Below, one piece after another: positions 29,179-38,000 of a stretch of 43,041 nucleotides of DNA. The notes beneath the pieces are model-generated. The model searched no databases and was not told the origin of the DNA. It saw only the letters and a list, made by a program, of their open reading frames with translations. Source of the DNA: Anaerolineae bacterium (GTDB lineage Bacteria; Chloroflexota; Anaerolineae; J102); contig WGCR01000550.1 of NCBI GenBank assembly GCA_015493675.1, positions 1 to 43,041 on the forward strand, in the 5' to 3' direction. Position numbers and translations under genes: made by a program. How positions within the stretch are numbered: the stretch's first letter is position 1; each line of letters begins with the position of its first letter.

Positions 29179-30339
29179 ATGACAGGTAAACTTTCTGTAA
29201 TTCATAGTTATCCAATCTGGCTGCCTCAAACCCAAACCTGGATGTATAATCAGGTCAAATATCTGCCAGATACGATCAAGGCTATCATCTCTTGCGAACA
29301 TGTTCAGAATCTTGATCAATTCGAACTTCCACGAATTTACGCCAGCAACTCACCTCTCGGCTTGCACTACTTTCTTAGTCGCACACTCCGAAAGCTAGGA
29401 ATCCAATATAGAATTGGCCCCATTGCCAATATCACTAAGCAAGAAGGAGCCACAGTGCTTCATTCTCATTTTGGCACCACAGGCTGGCATAATCTGATTG
29501 CAGCCAAGAGAAACCAGTTGAAACACGTCGTCACATTCTATGGATTGGATGTGAACAAAGTGCCACAACAACATCCGGTTTGGCGTAAACGATATACCCA
29601 GCTCTTTGAAGAAGCCGATCTGTTTTTATGCGAAGGCCCCTATATGGCGCGTTCATTAGCTGCACAGGGCTGTCCCGCAAATAAAATCAAGGTCCATCAT
29701 TTGGGCATCCCGCTAGAGAACTTATCCTTCCAACCACGGAAATGGCGCCAAGGAGAAACACTCCGTGTGCTAATTGTTGCCAGTTTCCGTGAGAAAAAAG
29801 GCATTCCGGATGCTTTGCTTGCTTTAGGAAAAATAAAAGACCAAGTGGATTTGGAAATTACTATTATCGGTGACGCTAGCAAAGAAAATTCGAGTCAAAA
29901 TGAAAAGCGTCGTATTCTTACCCTTATTGAATCCTTAGAATTAACTTCCAGGGTACGATTGTTAGGTTATCAGCCTTACAAAGTGATCCTGGCAGAAGCA
30001 TTTCGACATCACATATTTCTTTCTCCCAGTGTGACAGCCAGTGATGGTGACTCGGAAGGAGGTGCACCAGTCGTACTGATTGAAATGATGGCTACCGGTA
30101 TGCCCATTGTCAGCACCACGCATTGCGATATCCCCGAAGTCGTTGAATATGGGAAGAAGGACTGGCTTGTTGCTGAACATGATGTTGATGCTTTGGCCAA
30201 TCGACTCATTTGGCTCATTGAACATCCTGGTGAGTGGACACAATTGACCCAACAAGGCCGCTATCACGTTGAACGACATTTTGATGCCAGCGTTCAGGGA
30301 TTAAAGCTAAGTGAAATTTATTTCAGCTTAATCAACTAA
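29179..30339 (+). CDS. Glycosyltransferase family 4
   Basis: The C-terminal region is SEGGAPVVLIEMMATGMPIVSTTHCDIPEVV. ATG 29179 is chosen over the TTG at 29152. Confidence 0.8.
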   Translation: MTGKLSVIHSYPIWLPQTQTWMYNQVKYLPDTIKAIISCEHVQNLDQFELPRIYASNSPLGLHYFLSRTLRKLGIQYRIGPIANITKQEGATVLHSHFGTTGWHNLIAAKRNQLKHVVTFYGLDVNKVPQQHPVWRKRYTQLFEEADLFLCEGPYMARSLAAQGCPANKIKVHHLGIPLENLSFQPRKWRQGETLRVLIVASFREKKGIPDALLALGKIKDQVDLEITIIGDASKENSSQNEKRRILTLIESLELTSRVRLLGYQPYKVILAEAFRHHIFLSPSVTASDGDSEGGAPVVLIEMMATGMPIVSTTHCDIPEVVEYGKKDWLVAEHDVDALANRLIWLIEHPGEWTQLTQQGRYHVERHFDASVQGLKLSEIYFSLIN

Positions 30340-30366
30340 TCATGCAACTTATTGTAGAATGCCACT

Positions 30367-31734
30367 ATGCACACAGCAAATACAAACAAGCAGACTGTCA
30401 GCCAACCATACTCCTATTTAAAAAGGAGGGAACGATCGAAAGGTAAGGGCGTGTATATCATACTTTCCCTTATTCTTATTTCAGCGTTTGGCCCCTATAT
30501 TTTTCGAAATAGCGGCGTAAGGTTGGAACATCTTATTATTTATCCTCTCGCTGTCATTCTTCTGATTCGTTATTTTCTTAATCCCAAAAAAGCCACGCCG
30601 CGCATTTACCACATCATTTTAACCTTATGGTTGTTGCTGATTTTCTGGCTGATCTTGATAACTTATTTTACGAAAGAAACCTTTTCCTTCTTCATCATAG
30701 CGGAAATGGAAAACATGATTCAGCCGCTGGCCTTGCTGTTTATTTTAGGAGAATTGCTCAAGGAATTATCTTTCGATGAACAAATAAAGTTCCTGAAGGT
30801 AGCGGCTTGGGTAATTATCATCCTGTTGGCATTGAACGCCATCCTTTCGATTGCCACCATTTTTGTTGATACCTGGTCAATTGTTCACTGGTTTTTGAGG
30901 GGTGATAACTTTCTGGAAACTGTCTGGGGGCGATCGCTCACAAACGGGCGCTATCTGGGTATTTTTAATCAACCATTCGAAGCAGGACTTGCATATTCAA
31001 TCGGGCTACTATTGTGGGTTTACCTGCTATTGAGGCAAAAGGCTGGTTCCTTTTTGTTATTGAATGTCGGTATCTTATTAATTGCGGGCGGACTCTTATC
31101 TATTTCAAAAGTATTTCTTTTAGGTGGTATCCCAGCAGCAATTCTCTTTGCAGTCTGGGTGCTCAATACTCGTAGAGCAAAACGATTGGGAGGCGTCTTT
31201 ATTCTCCTTGTCATCGTTACGGGTCTGCTCACCAGCTTTCGACGATGGGTTGGAGCACAATACCTCTTACAGTTATTTGATTATAAACAAGTCTCGAAAG
31301 TTGGAGCCCTTTCACTTTATTCCGGAGGACGTCTAAATCAGAGTTCATTTGTTGGACATTTATTCCGATTGGTCTGGGATGTCTCTCCTTTGGTTGGATT
31401 CGGTTTTGGCGTGAACTTTGCTCTTGACAATGCTTACCTTGAATTCTTCTATCAGGGCGGCCTCATCGCTCTCACAATTTACCTTGGCATTCTTATTATT
31501 CTTGGATTGTCATTCTTCCGTAAGCTGGCCAGCGGCTTAATAGAAGCGAAAATGGCGCTATTGCTGGTGGCGCTAGTTCTTTTCGCTGGTTTTGGAGCGC
31601 CAGTGCTTACCATCAATCGTTCATCCATCCTTGTGTGGGTAGTGTTGATGACATTAATGTTTCTCTTATGGTCCGCACAACCATCTCAGACGATGACACA
31701 AGCCGACAAGACCGCAGGCGCCGTGGGGATATGA
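30367..31734 (+). CDS. O-antigen ligase/polymerase-family membrane protein (Wzy_C-like)
   Basis: The protein is polytopic. It has a loop GRSLTNGRYLGIFNQPFEAGLAY that resembles the R..G.f..PN motif of Wzy_C proteins. Confidence 0.6.
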   Translation: MHTANTNKQTVSQPYSYLKRRERSKGKGVYIILSLILISAFGPYIFRNSGVRLEHLIIYPLAVILLIRYFLNPKKATPRIYHIILTLWLLLIFWLILITYFTKETFSFFIIAEMENMIQPLALLFILGELLKELSFDEQIKFLKVAAWVIIILLALNAILSIATIFVDTWSIVHWFLRGDNFLETVWGRSLTNGRYLGIFNQPFEAGLAYSIGLLLWVYLLLRQKAGSFLLLNVGILLIAGGLLSISKVFLLGGIPAAILFAVWVLNTRRAKRLGGVFILLVIVTGLLTSFRRWVGAQYLLQLFDYKQVSKVGALSLYSGGRLNQSSFVGHLFRLVWDVSPLVGFGFGVNFALDNAYLEFFYQGGLIALTIYLGILIILGLSFFRKLASGLIEAKMALLLVALVLFAGFGAPVLTINRSSILVWVVLMTLMFLLWSAQPSQTMTQADKTAGAVGI

Positions 31735-32915
31735 GGAACCCCATCATCCTGACGACCATCGCATCGTATTTGCCCGGATTCAAGGCGGGGGGCCCGATCC
31801 GCACCCTCACTAATCTCATCGCCCGCCTCGGCGAAGAATTTGATTTCCGCATTCTGACCGCCGACCGCGATCTGGATGATGTCCAACCCTATCCGGATAT
31901 TCAGCCCAATGTCTGGATGCAACGAACGCACGAACGGGTTTGCTATCTCTCGCCGGACCAGCGCAAGTTTCTGTCCTTCCGCCATCACCTGACGCAGGAA
32001 TCCTACGATCTCCTCTATCTGAACAGTTTTTTCTCGCAACTGACCGTGCACGCCATGACCTACCGGCGTCTGGGATTGCTTCCCGCCCGCCCCTGGATCA
32101 TTGCTCCCCGCGGCGAATTTTCACCGGGAGCGCTTCAAATCAAGTGGCCGAAGAAACGTCTTTTCTTAACCTTTGCCGGGATTTCAGGGCTGTACCGCAA
32201 CCTGATCTGGCAGGCTTCCAGCGAATTCGAGGCCGCAGATATCCGGCGACTTGTCGCCCGATTCCATCTTGATTCAAATCCCAGCATCCTGGTGGCCCCC
32301 AACCTGCCACCGAAGATGAGGGGCGCAGCGCCCACTGCTCGCCCGACCAAAACCAAAGGGGCAGCCCGGCTTGTCTTCCTTTCCCGTATTGCCAGGATGA
32401 AGAATCTGGCATTTGCGCTGCAGCAGCTTGCGCAGGTGCAGGGGGAAATCACCTTCGACATTTACGGGCCGAAAGAGGATGAGGCGTACTGGCGCACCTG
32501 CCAACAACGCATTGCCGACCTCCCCGAGAATATCACGGCGTCCTATTTGGGCCCGGTCGAGCCAGATCAGGTGTCAACGGTTTTCGCAGCCTACCATGCT
32601 TTCCTCTTCCCCACGCTGGGTGAAAACTTCGGGCATGTGATCCTGGAATCTCTTTCCGCCGGATGTCCCGTCATCACCAGCGATCGCACGCCCTGGCGAG
32701 AACTGACGCAAAAACGGGCAGGCTGGGACCTGCCTCTGGACCAACCAACTCTTTTCCAGCAAGCCATCCGACAGATCGTTGAAATGGATCATCCCACCTG
32801 GCAGAAATGGTCGCAAGGCGCCCGGCAGGTGGCAGATGCCTTCATCAACGATCCGGCCATCATCGAAGCCAACCGACAGCTTTTCTATTCTGCACTGGCT
32901 AAAAGCCACACATAA
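31731..32915 (+). CDS. Glycosyltransferase family 4
   Basis: The C-terminal region is PTLGENFGHVILESLSAGCPVITSDRTPW. ATG 31731 overlaps the previous stop (ATGA). GC content rises again from about here. Confidence 0.8.
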   Translation: MRNPIILTTIASYLPGFKAGGPIRTLTNLIARLGEEFDFRILTADRDLDDVQPYPDIQPNVWMQRTHERVCYLSPDQRKFLSFRHHLTQESYDLLYLNSFFSQLTVHAMTYRRLGLLPARPWIIAPRGEFSPGALQIKWPKKRLFLTFAGISGLYRNLIWQASSEFEAADIRRLVARFHLDSNPSILVAPNLPPKMRGAAPTARPTKTKGAARLVFLSRIARMKNLAFALQQLAQVQGEITFDIYGPKEDEAYWRTCQQRIADLPENITASYLGPVEPDQVSTVFAAYHAFLFPTLGENFGHVILESLSAGCPVITSDRTPWRELTQKRAGWDLPLDQPTLFQQAIRQIVEMDHPTWQKWSQGARQVADAFINDPAIIEANRQLFYSALAKSHT

Positions 32916-32918
32916 CCT

Positions 32919-33956
32919 ATGTTCAAAGACAAAACCCTCCTCATTACCGGCGGCACGGGCAGCTTTGGCAACGCGGTGCTGCGTCGCTTTTTGCAGACCG
33001 ATATTCGCGAGATCCGCATCTTCAGCCGGGACGAGAAAAAACAGAGTGATATGCGTCTGGCCTATCGCAACAGGAAGCTGAAATTCTACATCGGCGACGT
33101 GCGCAGGCCCGAAAGTCTGCTGGACGCCATGGTCGGCGTGGATTATGTGTTCCACGCGGCCGCGCTCAAGCAGGTGCCCTCCTGCGAGTTCTATCCGATG
33201 GAAGCGCTGATGACCAACGCCGTGGGCGCAGAAAACGTGATGAATGCAGCCATGGCCGCGGGCGTGGAGCGCCTGGTGGTGCTCAGCACCGACAAGGCCG
33301 CCTATCCCATCAACGCCATGGGCATCACCAAGGCCCTGATGGAGAAGCTGGCTGTAGCCAAATCGCGTGTGGCCGCGGAGCGGGATTCCACCGTCATCAC
33401 CATCACCCGCTACGGCAACGTCATGGCCTCTCGCGGCTCGGTTATTCCCCTGTTCGTGGAGCAGATCAAGGCCGGGCGACCTCTCACTGTCACCGATCCC
33501 ACCATGACCCGCTTTATGATGAGCATCGACGAGGCCGTGGACCTGGTGCTTTACGCGTTCGAACATGGCGAACCAGGCGATCTCTTTGTGCAAAAGGCGC
33601 CCGCCGCCACCATCGAGACTCTGGCTCTGGCCCTGAAAAAAATCTTCGACAGCGACGCCCCCATCGAGATCATCGGCGTCCGACACGGCGAAAAGCAGTA
33701 CGAAACCCTGCTCACCCGCGAGGAGATGATGCGAGCCCAGGACCTGGGAGGCTACTATCGCGTGCCGGCGGACAACCGGGACCTGAACTACGATCTCTAT
33801 TATTCCCAGGGCGCGCCGCCCGACATCGCGCCCGAGGATTACAATTCCAACAATACGCACCGGCTCTCGGTGGATGAAATGGCCGAGATGCTGCTGAAGC
33901 TCGATTACATCCAGCGGGCATTGACCAATGGCTCGGAGGAGAATGGTTTGATATGA
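32919..33956 (+). CDS. fnlA: UDP-N-acetylglucosamine 4,6-dehydratase/5-epimerase (FnlA/CapE/WbjB-like)
   Basis: MFKDKTLLITGGTGSFGNAVLRRFL...IRIFSRDEKKQ...FYIGDVR...HAAALKQVPSCEFYPMEA is the characteristic CapE/FnlA sequence. Confidence 0.9.
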   Translation: MFKDKTLLITGGTGSFGNAVLRRFLQTDIREIRIFSRDEKKQSDMRLAYRNRKLKFYIGDVRRPESLLDAMVGVDYVFHAAALKQVPSCEFYPMEALMTNAVGAENVMNAAMAAGVERLVVLSTDKAAYPINAMGITKALMEKLAVAKSRVAAERDSTVITITRYGNVMASRGSVIPLFVEQIKAGRPLTVTDPTMTRFMMSIDEAVDLVLYAFEHGEPGDLFVQKAPAATIETLALALKKIFDSDAPIEIIGVRHGEKQYETLLTREEMMRAQDLGGYYRVPADNRDLNYDLYYSQGAPPDIAPEDYNSNNTHRLSVDEMAEMLLKLDYIQRALTNGSEENGLI

Positions 33957-35107
33957 GAGTGCTCGTCACCGGCTCCCAAGGCTTCATCGGGCGCAATTTG
34001 ATCGCACGTCTCCAATGCCGCGACGATATCGAAATCTTCGGCTACGACCTCGCCAACACGCCCGACGACCTGGCCGCATGGCTGGATGAAGCCGATTTCG
34101 TCTTTCACCTGGCGGGCGTGAACCGGCCCCAGCGGGAGGAGGAATTCTTCGAGGGGAATGCGGATTTCACCCGCGCTATCTGTGATCGTCTGGCCCGACG
34201 CACCGATCCCCCGCCCATCCTGCTCTCCTCCTCCATCCAGGCGGAGCTGGAAAATCCCTACGGGCGCAGTAAGCGACTGGCCGAAGAAGCGGTCATGGAT
34301 TACGCCCGGGAGACGGGAATGCGGGCCATCATCTACCGCCTCACCAACGTGTTCGGCAAATGGAGCCGGCCCAATTACAACACCGTGGTCGCCACCTTCT
34401 GCTACAATATCGCTCACGACCTGCCTATCACCATCTCCGATCCCAATCGGGTGGTGCGGCTGATTCACATCGATGACGTGGTGCGGGCGTTTGTTTCAGA
34501 ACTCCAGAAGGACGGAGGGCCAGAAGGCCAGAAAGGCAGTGGACCAGAGGGGCGGGTTTTGTGGCGGCGGGTGGAGCCGGAGTATCCGGTGACGTTGGGG
34601 CGGCTGGCGGAGCTGATTCGCTCTTTCCGGGTCATGCGAGATAGCCTGATCACGCCCGATTTCAGCGATCCCTTCGTCAAAAAGCTCTACGGGATGTACC
34701 TCACCTATCTGGATGAGGATGATTTCGCCTACGATCTGACCCAGCGCTGCGATGAGCGCGGCTGCCTGGCCGAATTCATCAAATCGCAGCACTTCGGGCA
34801 GATTTTCGTCTCTCGCACAAAACCGGGCGTCACCCGCGGCAACCACTATCATCACAGCAAGGCGGAGAAGTTCCTGGTGCTGGAGGGTGAGGCGGTGATT
34901 CGATTTAGGAAAATCCAGAGCGACAGAGGTCAGAGGCCAGAGGTGATCGAGTATCGGGTGTCGGGGAAGGATTTCCGGGTGCTGGATATTCCGCCCGGAT
35001 ACACGCACAACATCGAAAACGTGGGCGACACCGAGCTAATTACGCTGTTTTGGGCCAGCGAGATTTTTGATCCGGAGAAACCGGATACGTTTTACGAAGA
35101 AGTTTGA
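33953..35107 (+). CDS. fnlB: UDP-2-acetamido-2,6-dideoxy-hexulose reductase (FnlB/CapF/WbjC-like: SDR plus cupin)
   Basis: MRVLVTGSQGFIGRNL is the N-terminal SDR. The C-terminal cupin region reads TKPGVTRGNHYHHSKAEKFLVLEGEA...PGYTHNIENVG. The gene sits between fnlA-like and fnlC-like genes. It contains two repeat-encoded insertions. Confidence 0.85.
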   Translation: MRVLVTGSQGFIGRNLIARLQCRDDIEIFGYDLANTPDDLAAWLDEADFVFHLAGVNRPQREEEFFEGNADFTRAICDRLARRTDPPPILLSSSIQAELENPYGRSKRLAEEAVMDYARETGMRAIIYRLTNVFGKWSRPNYNTVVATFCYNIAHDLPITISDPNRVVRLIHIDDVVRAFVSELQKDGGPEGQKGSGPEGRVLWRRVEPEYPVTLGRLAELIRSFRVMRDSLITPDFSDPFVKKLYGMYLTYLDEDDFAYDLTQRCDERGCLAEFIKSQHFGQIFVSRTKPGVTRGNHYHHSKAEKFLVLEGEAVIRFRKIQSDRGQRPEVIEYRVSGKDFRVLDIPPGYTHNIENVGDTELITLFWASEIFDPEKPDTFYEEV

Positions 35108-35145
35108 GGCCAGAGGTCAGAGGCCAGAGGTCAGAGCTACAGAGG
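35106..35145. repeat. Heptamer tandem repeat: CAGAGGT, CAGAGGC, CAGAGGT, CAGAGCT, ACAGAGG
   Basis: Read directly from the sequence. It starts within the fnlB-like stop codon and ends 13 nt before the four-helix-bundle gene. Confidence 0.9.
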
Positions 35146-35158
35146 AAGGACAATTCTA

Positions 35159-35551
35159 GTGGAAAAGCGTAAGCAAATCAGATCAGCGAAGGATTTAGTT
35201 GTTTATCAGAAAGCGTATCAACTTGCGATGCTGATCTATGAAGTCACCAAATCTTTTCCTCCGGAAGAACGATATGCCCTGACCAGTCAGATACGCCGAT
35301 CCTCTCGGTCTGTCTGCCTCAATCTGCGTGAGGCCTGGGCCAAGCGACGTTACCAGGCCCATTTCATCAGCAAACTCACCGACTGCGACGGCGAAAACAG
35401 TGAGACAGCTTCATCATTGGATTTTGCTCACGATTGAGGTTATATTTCTGGTAGCCAACACGCTCATCTTGTTGCGCTCAATGAAGAAGTTGGCAAGATG
35501 CCAGGCTCCATGCTTCGCAACCCTTTCCCTTTTCTCATCCCCAAACGCTAA
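35159..35551 (+). pseudogene. Four-helix-bundle protein (23S rRNA intervening-sequence protein / Avd-like family) interrupted by an in-frame TGA
   Basis: LVVYQKAYQLAMLIYEVTKSFPPEERYALTSQIRRSSRSVCLNLREAWAKR is typical of this family. TGA at 35435-35437 is in frame. The same frame continues GYISGSQHAHLVALNEEVGKMPGSMLRNP to TAA at 35549-35551, which is the expected last helix. Confidence 0.75.
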
Positions 35552-35572
35552 CCCTCCCCAGCCACTGCAGCC

Positions 35573-35641
35573 CTGACCTCTGAGTTTCTGAGGTTCTGCC
35601 ATCTGAGGTTCTGCCATCTGAGGCTCTGAGGTTCTGAGGTT
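35573..35641. repeat. Tandem repeats: CTGAGGTTCTGCCAT x2, then CTGAGGCT, CTGAGGTT, CTGAGGTT
   Basis: Read directly from the sequence. It begins with CTGACCTCTG, the reverse complement of the CAGAGGTCAG found in the left-flank repeat. It ends 3 nt before the fnlC-like ATG, so the last GAGG serves as the Shine-Dalgarno sequence. Confidence 0.9.
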
Positions 35642-35644
35642 CTT

Positions 35645-36760
35645 ATGAAAATCGCAACCATCATCGGTACTCGCCCCGAAATCATCCGCCTCTCCCGCGT
35701 GATGGACGCGCTGGATCGCTACACCGAGCACGTCACCATCCACACGGGCCAGAATTACGACTACGAACTGAACGAGATATTTTTTGATGATCTGGAGCTG
35801 CGCAAGCCCGACTATTTTCTGGAGGCGGCCGGCGCCACCGCGGCTGAGACCATCGGCCTCGTCATCGCTCGCGCGGACGCGGCCCTGCGGGAGATTCAGC
35901 CTGACGCGGTTCTCGTCCTGGGCGACACCAACAGTTGCCTGGCCGCCATCTCCGCCAAACGGCTGAAAATCCCCATCTTCCACATGGAAGCGGGCAACCG
36001 CTGCTTCGATCAGCGCGTGCCCGAGGAGATCAATCGCAAGATCATCGACCACATCAGCGACATCAACCTGCCCTACTCCCACATCGCCCGCGAATACCTG
36101 CTGCGCGAGGGCCTGCCGCCCGACCGGGTCATCGTCACCGGCAGCCCCATGTACGAGGTGCTGCATCATTATCTGCCCAAAATCCAGGCATCCGACGTGT
36201 TGGCTCGGCTGAACCTGGAGCCCGAAAGCTACTACGTGGTCAGCGCCCATCGCGAGGAGAATGTGGACTCGCCCCGCCAGTTCGCCAATCTGGTGGAGGT
36301 GCTGACGAAGCTGGCCGAGACCGGGCGTCGGGTGATTATGACCACCCATCCCCGCACCCGCAAGCGCTTCCGGGCCGAGGGCGTCACCCTGCCCGAGCTG
36401 GTGGAGCTGCACAAGCCCTTCGGGTTCAGCGACTACGTCCACTTGCAGATGCACGCCAAGGCCGTTCTCTCCGACAGCGGCACAATTACTGAAGAAAGCT
36501 CCATCCTCAACTTCCCTGCCTTGAACATCCGCGAGGCCCATGAGCGGCCTGAGGGTATGGAGGAAGGGGCAGTGATGATGGTGGGGCTGTCGTGGCAGCG
36601 GATAAGCGAGGGCCTGGCCGTGTTGGAGTCGCAGCCGCGGGGAGAACGTCGCCTGCTACGTATCGTAAGCGCCTACAACGTCCCCAACGTCTCCGAAAAA
36701 GTCGCCCGCATCATCCTCAGCTACACCGATTACGTCAACCGCGTCGTCTGGCGAAAATAA
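35645..36760 (+). CDS. fnlC: UDP-N-acetylglucosamine 2-epimerase, non-hydrolysing (FnlC/CapG/WbjD-like)
   Basis: [19 protein letters not shown]...[15 protein letters not shown]...[10 protein letters not shown] is the typical WecB-fold FnlC/CapG sequence. Confidence 0.9.
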   Translation: MKIATIIGTRPEIIRLSRVMDALDRYTEHVTIHTGQNYDYELNEIFFDDLELRKPDYFLEAAGATAAETIGLVIARADAALREIQPDAVLVLGDTNSCLAAISAKRLKIPIFHMEAGNRCFDQRVPEEINRKIIDHISDINLPYSHIAREYLLREGLPPDRVIVTGSPMYEVLHHYLPKIQASDVLARLNLEPESYYVVSAHREENVDSPRQFANLVEVLTKLAETGRRVIMTTHPRTRKRFRAEGVTLPELVELHKPFGFSDYVHLQMHAKAVLSDSGTITEESSILNFPALNIREAHERPEGMEEGAVMMVGLSWQRISEGLAVLESQPRGERRLLRIVSAYNVPNVSEKVARIILSYTDYVNRVVWRK

Positions 36761-36767
36761 ATCACCT

Positions 36768-38000
36768 ATGCGCATTCTGCTTCTGAGCCAATGGTATCCT
36801 CCGGAACCGGCGCACACTCCGGAAGAATTCATCACCACACTGCACGCACTGGGTTACGATGTCGAAGTGCTGACCGGATTTCCCAACTATCCTACGGGAG
36901 AGCTGGCTCCGGGCTACAAGTTGCGCCCCTGGATGAAAGAAACACTGGATGAGATTCCGGTGGGACGTGCTTTTCTCTACCCTGATCACAGCCGATCCGG
37001 CCTGAAGCGCGCCTTGAACTACATTTCCTTTGCGATTAGCAGTGCGCTCTTTGGCAAATGGCTGGTTGAAAAACCTGACGTCATTTTTGTTTATCATCCC
37101 CCCTTGACCATCGGATTTCCCGGCATCCTTCTGAGCAAACTGTGGGGGGCGCCCTTTGTGTATCAGGTGCAGGATATGTGGCCCGAAACCTTACGGGCGA
37201 CCGGGATGCTGCACAATGAAAAAATTCTTGATTGGATTGATCGATTTGCAAAAAAAATCTACAAAAGAGCCCATGCGGTTTGCGTGATCTCTCCCGGGTT
37301 CAAAAGAAACCTTATTCAAAAAGGCGTCCCGGAAGAAAAAATCCACGTCATTTCCAACTGGGTGGATACAGATGTGTATTATCCGGCGCAGCCTGACCCC
37401 GACCTGGCAGAAAAACTCGGGCTGGCCGGAAGATTCAACATTATGTATGGCGGCAACATCGGCGCCGCCCAGGCTCTGGATGTGGTGCTGGAAGCTGCTG
37501 ACAGCCTGCGCGAACATCCCGAAATCCAGTTTGTTTTGGTCGGCAATGGCGTTACATTGCCCACCTTGCAACGTCAGGCAGAGGAGAAAGGATTATCCAA
37601 CGTCAAATTCCTGGGGCGTTATCCAGCGTCAGAAATGGCCCGTCTCTACGCCCTGGCCGATGTCCTGCTGGTGCACCTGAAAGATGATCCGCTTTTCGAG
37701 ATCACCATTCCCCACAAGATATTCGCCTATCTCGCCAGCGCCAAGCCAGTGCTGGCTGCGGTGCGGGGAGATGCAGCGGATGTGATTGAGGAAATCGGCG
37801 CCGGGATTGTTTGTCCGCCTCAGGATGCCTCCGCTCTGGTTGATGCCGCCCTGGCTCTTTACAAAATGCCCGCGGAAAAACGTGAAGAAATGGGCGAACG
37901 CGGCCTGACGGCCGTTCAAGAGCGATTCAACAAACAAAAACAGGTCGCAGAACTGGCGGCAGTGCTGGAACAAACCGTACAAGCGTATGCAGCATCATAA
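36768..38000 (+). CDS. wbuB: Glycosyltransferase family 4, WbuB-like (candidate L-FucNAc transferase)
   Basis: The N-terminus is MRILLLSQWYPPEP...GYDVEVLTGFPNYPTGEL. It lies directly downstream of fnlABC, as in known L-FucNAc clusters. Specificity is inferred from context. Confidence 0.7.
   Translation: MRILLLSQWYPPEPAHTPEEFITTLHALGYDVEVLTGFPNYPTGELAPGYKLRPWMKETLDEIPVGRAFLYPDHSRSGLKRALNYISFAISSALFGKWLVEKPDVIFVYHPPLTIGFPGILLSKLWGAPFVYQVQDMWPETLRATGMLHNEKILDWIDRFAKKIYKRAHAVCVISPGFKRNLIQKGVPEEKIHVISNWVDTDVYYPAQPDPDLAEKLGLAGRFNIMYGGNIGAAQALDVVLEAADSLREHPEIQFVLVGNGVTLPTLQRQAEEKGLSNVKFLGRYPASEMARLYALADVLLVHLKDDPLFEITIPHKIFAYLASAKPVLAAVRGDAADVIEEIGAGIVCPPQDASALVDAALALYKMPAEKREEMGERGLTAVQERFNKQKQVAELAAVLEQTVQAYAAS

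Noticed and set aside
35435-35437. The in-frame TGA in the four-helix-bundle gene as a selenocysteine codon
   Set aside because: Only a weak 6-bp hairpin with two G-U pairs follows the codon (GGTTAT...GTAGCC). No selenoprotein is known to me in this family, and no sel genes are in the window. A nonsense mutation or a base-call error is more likely. A search for selA/selB/selC and the reads would settle it.
35159-35551. The Avd-like four-helix-bundle gene as part of a diversity-generating retroelement
   Set aside because: The window has no reverse transcriptase gene and no template/variable repeat pair. The family is also common as orphan genes.
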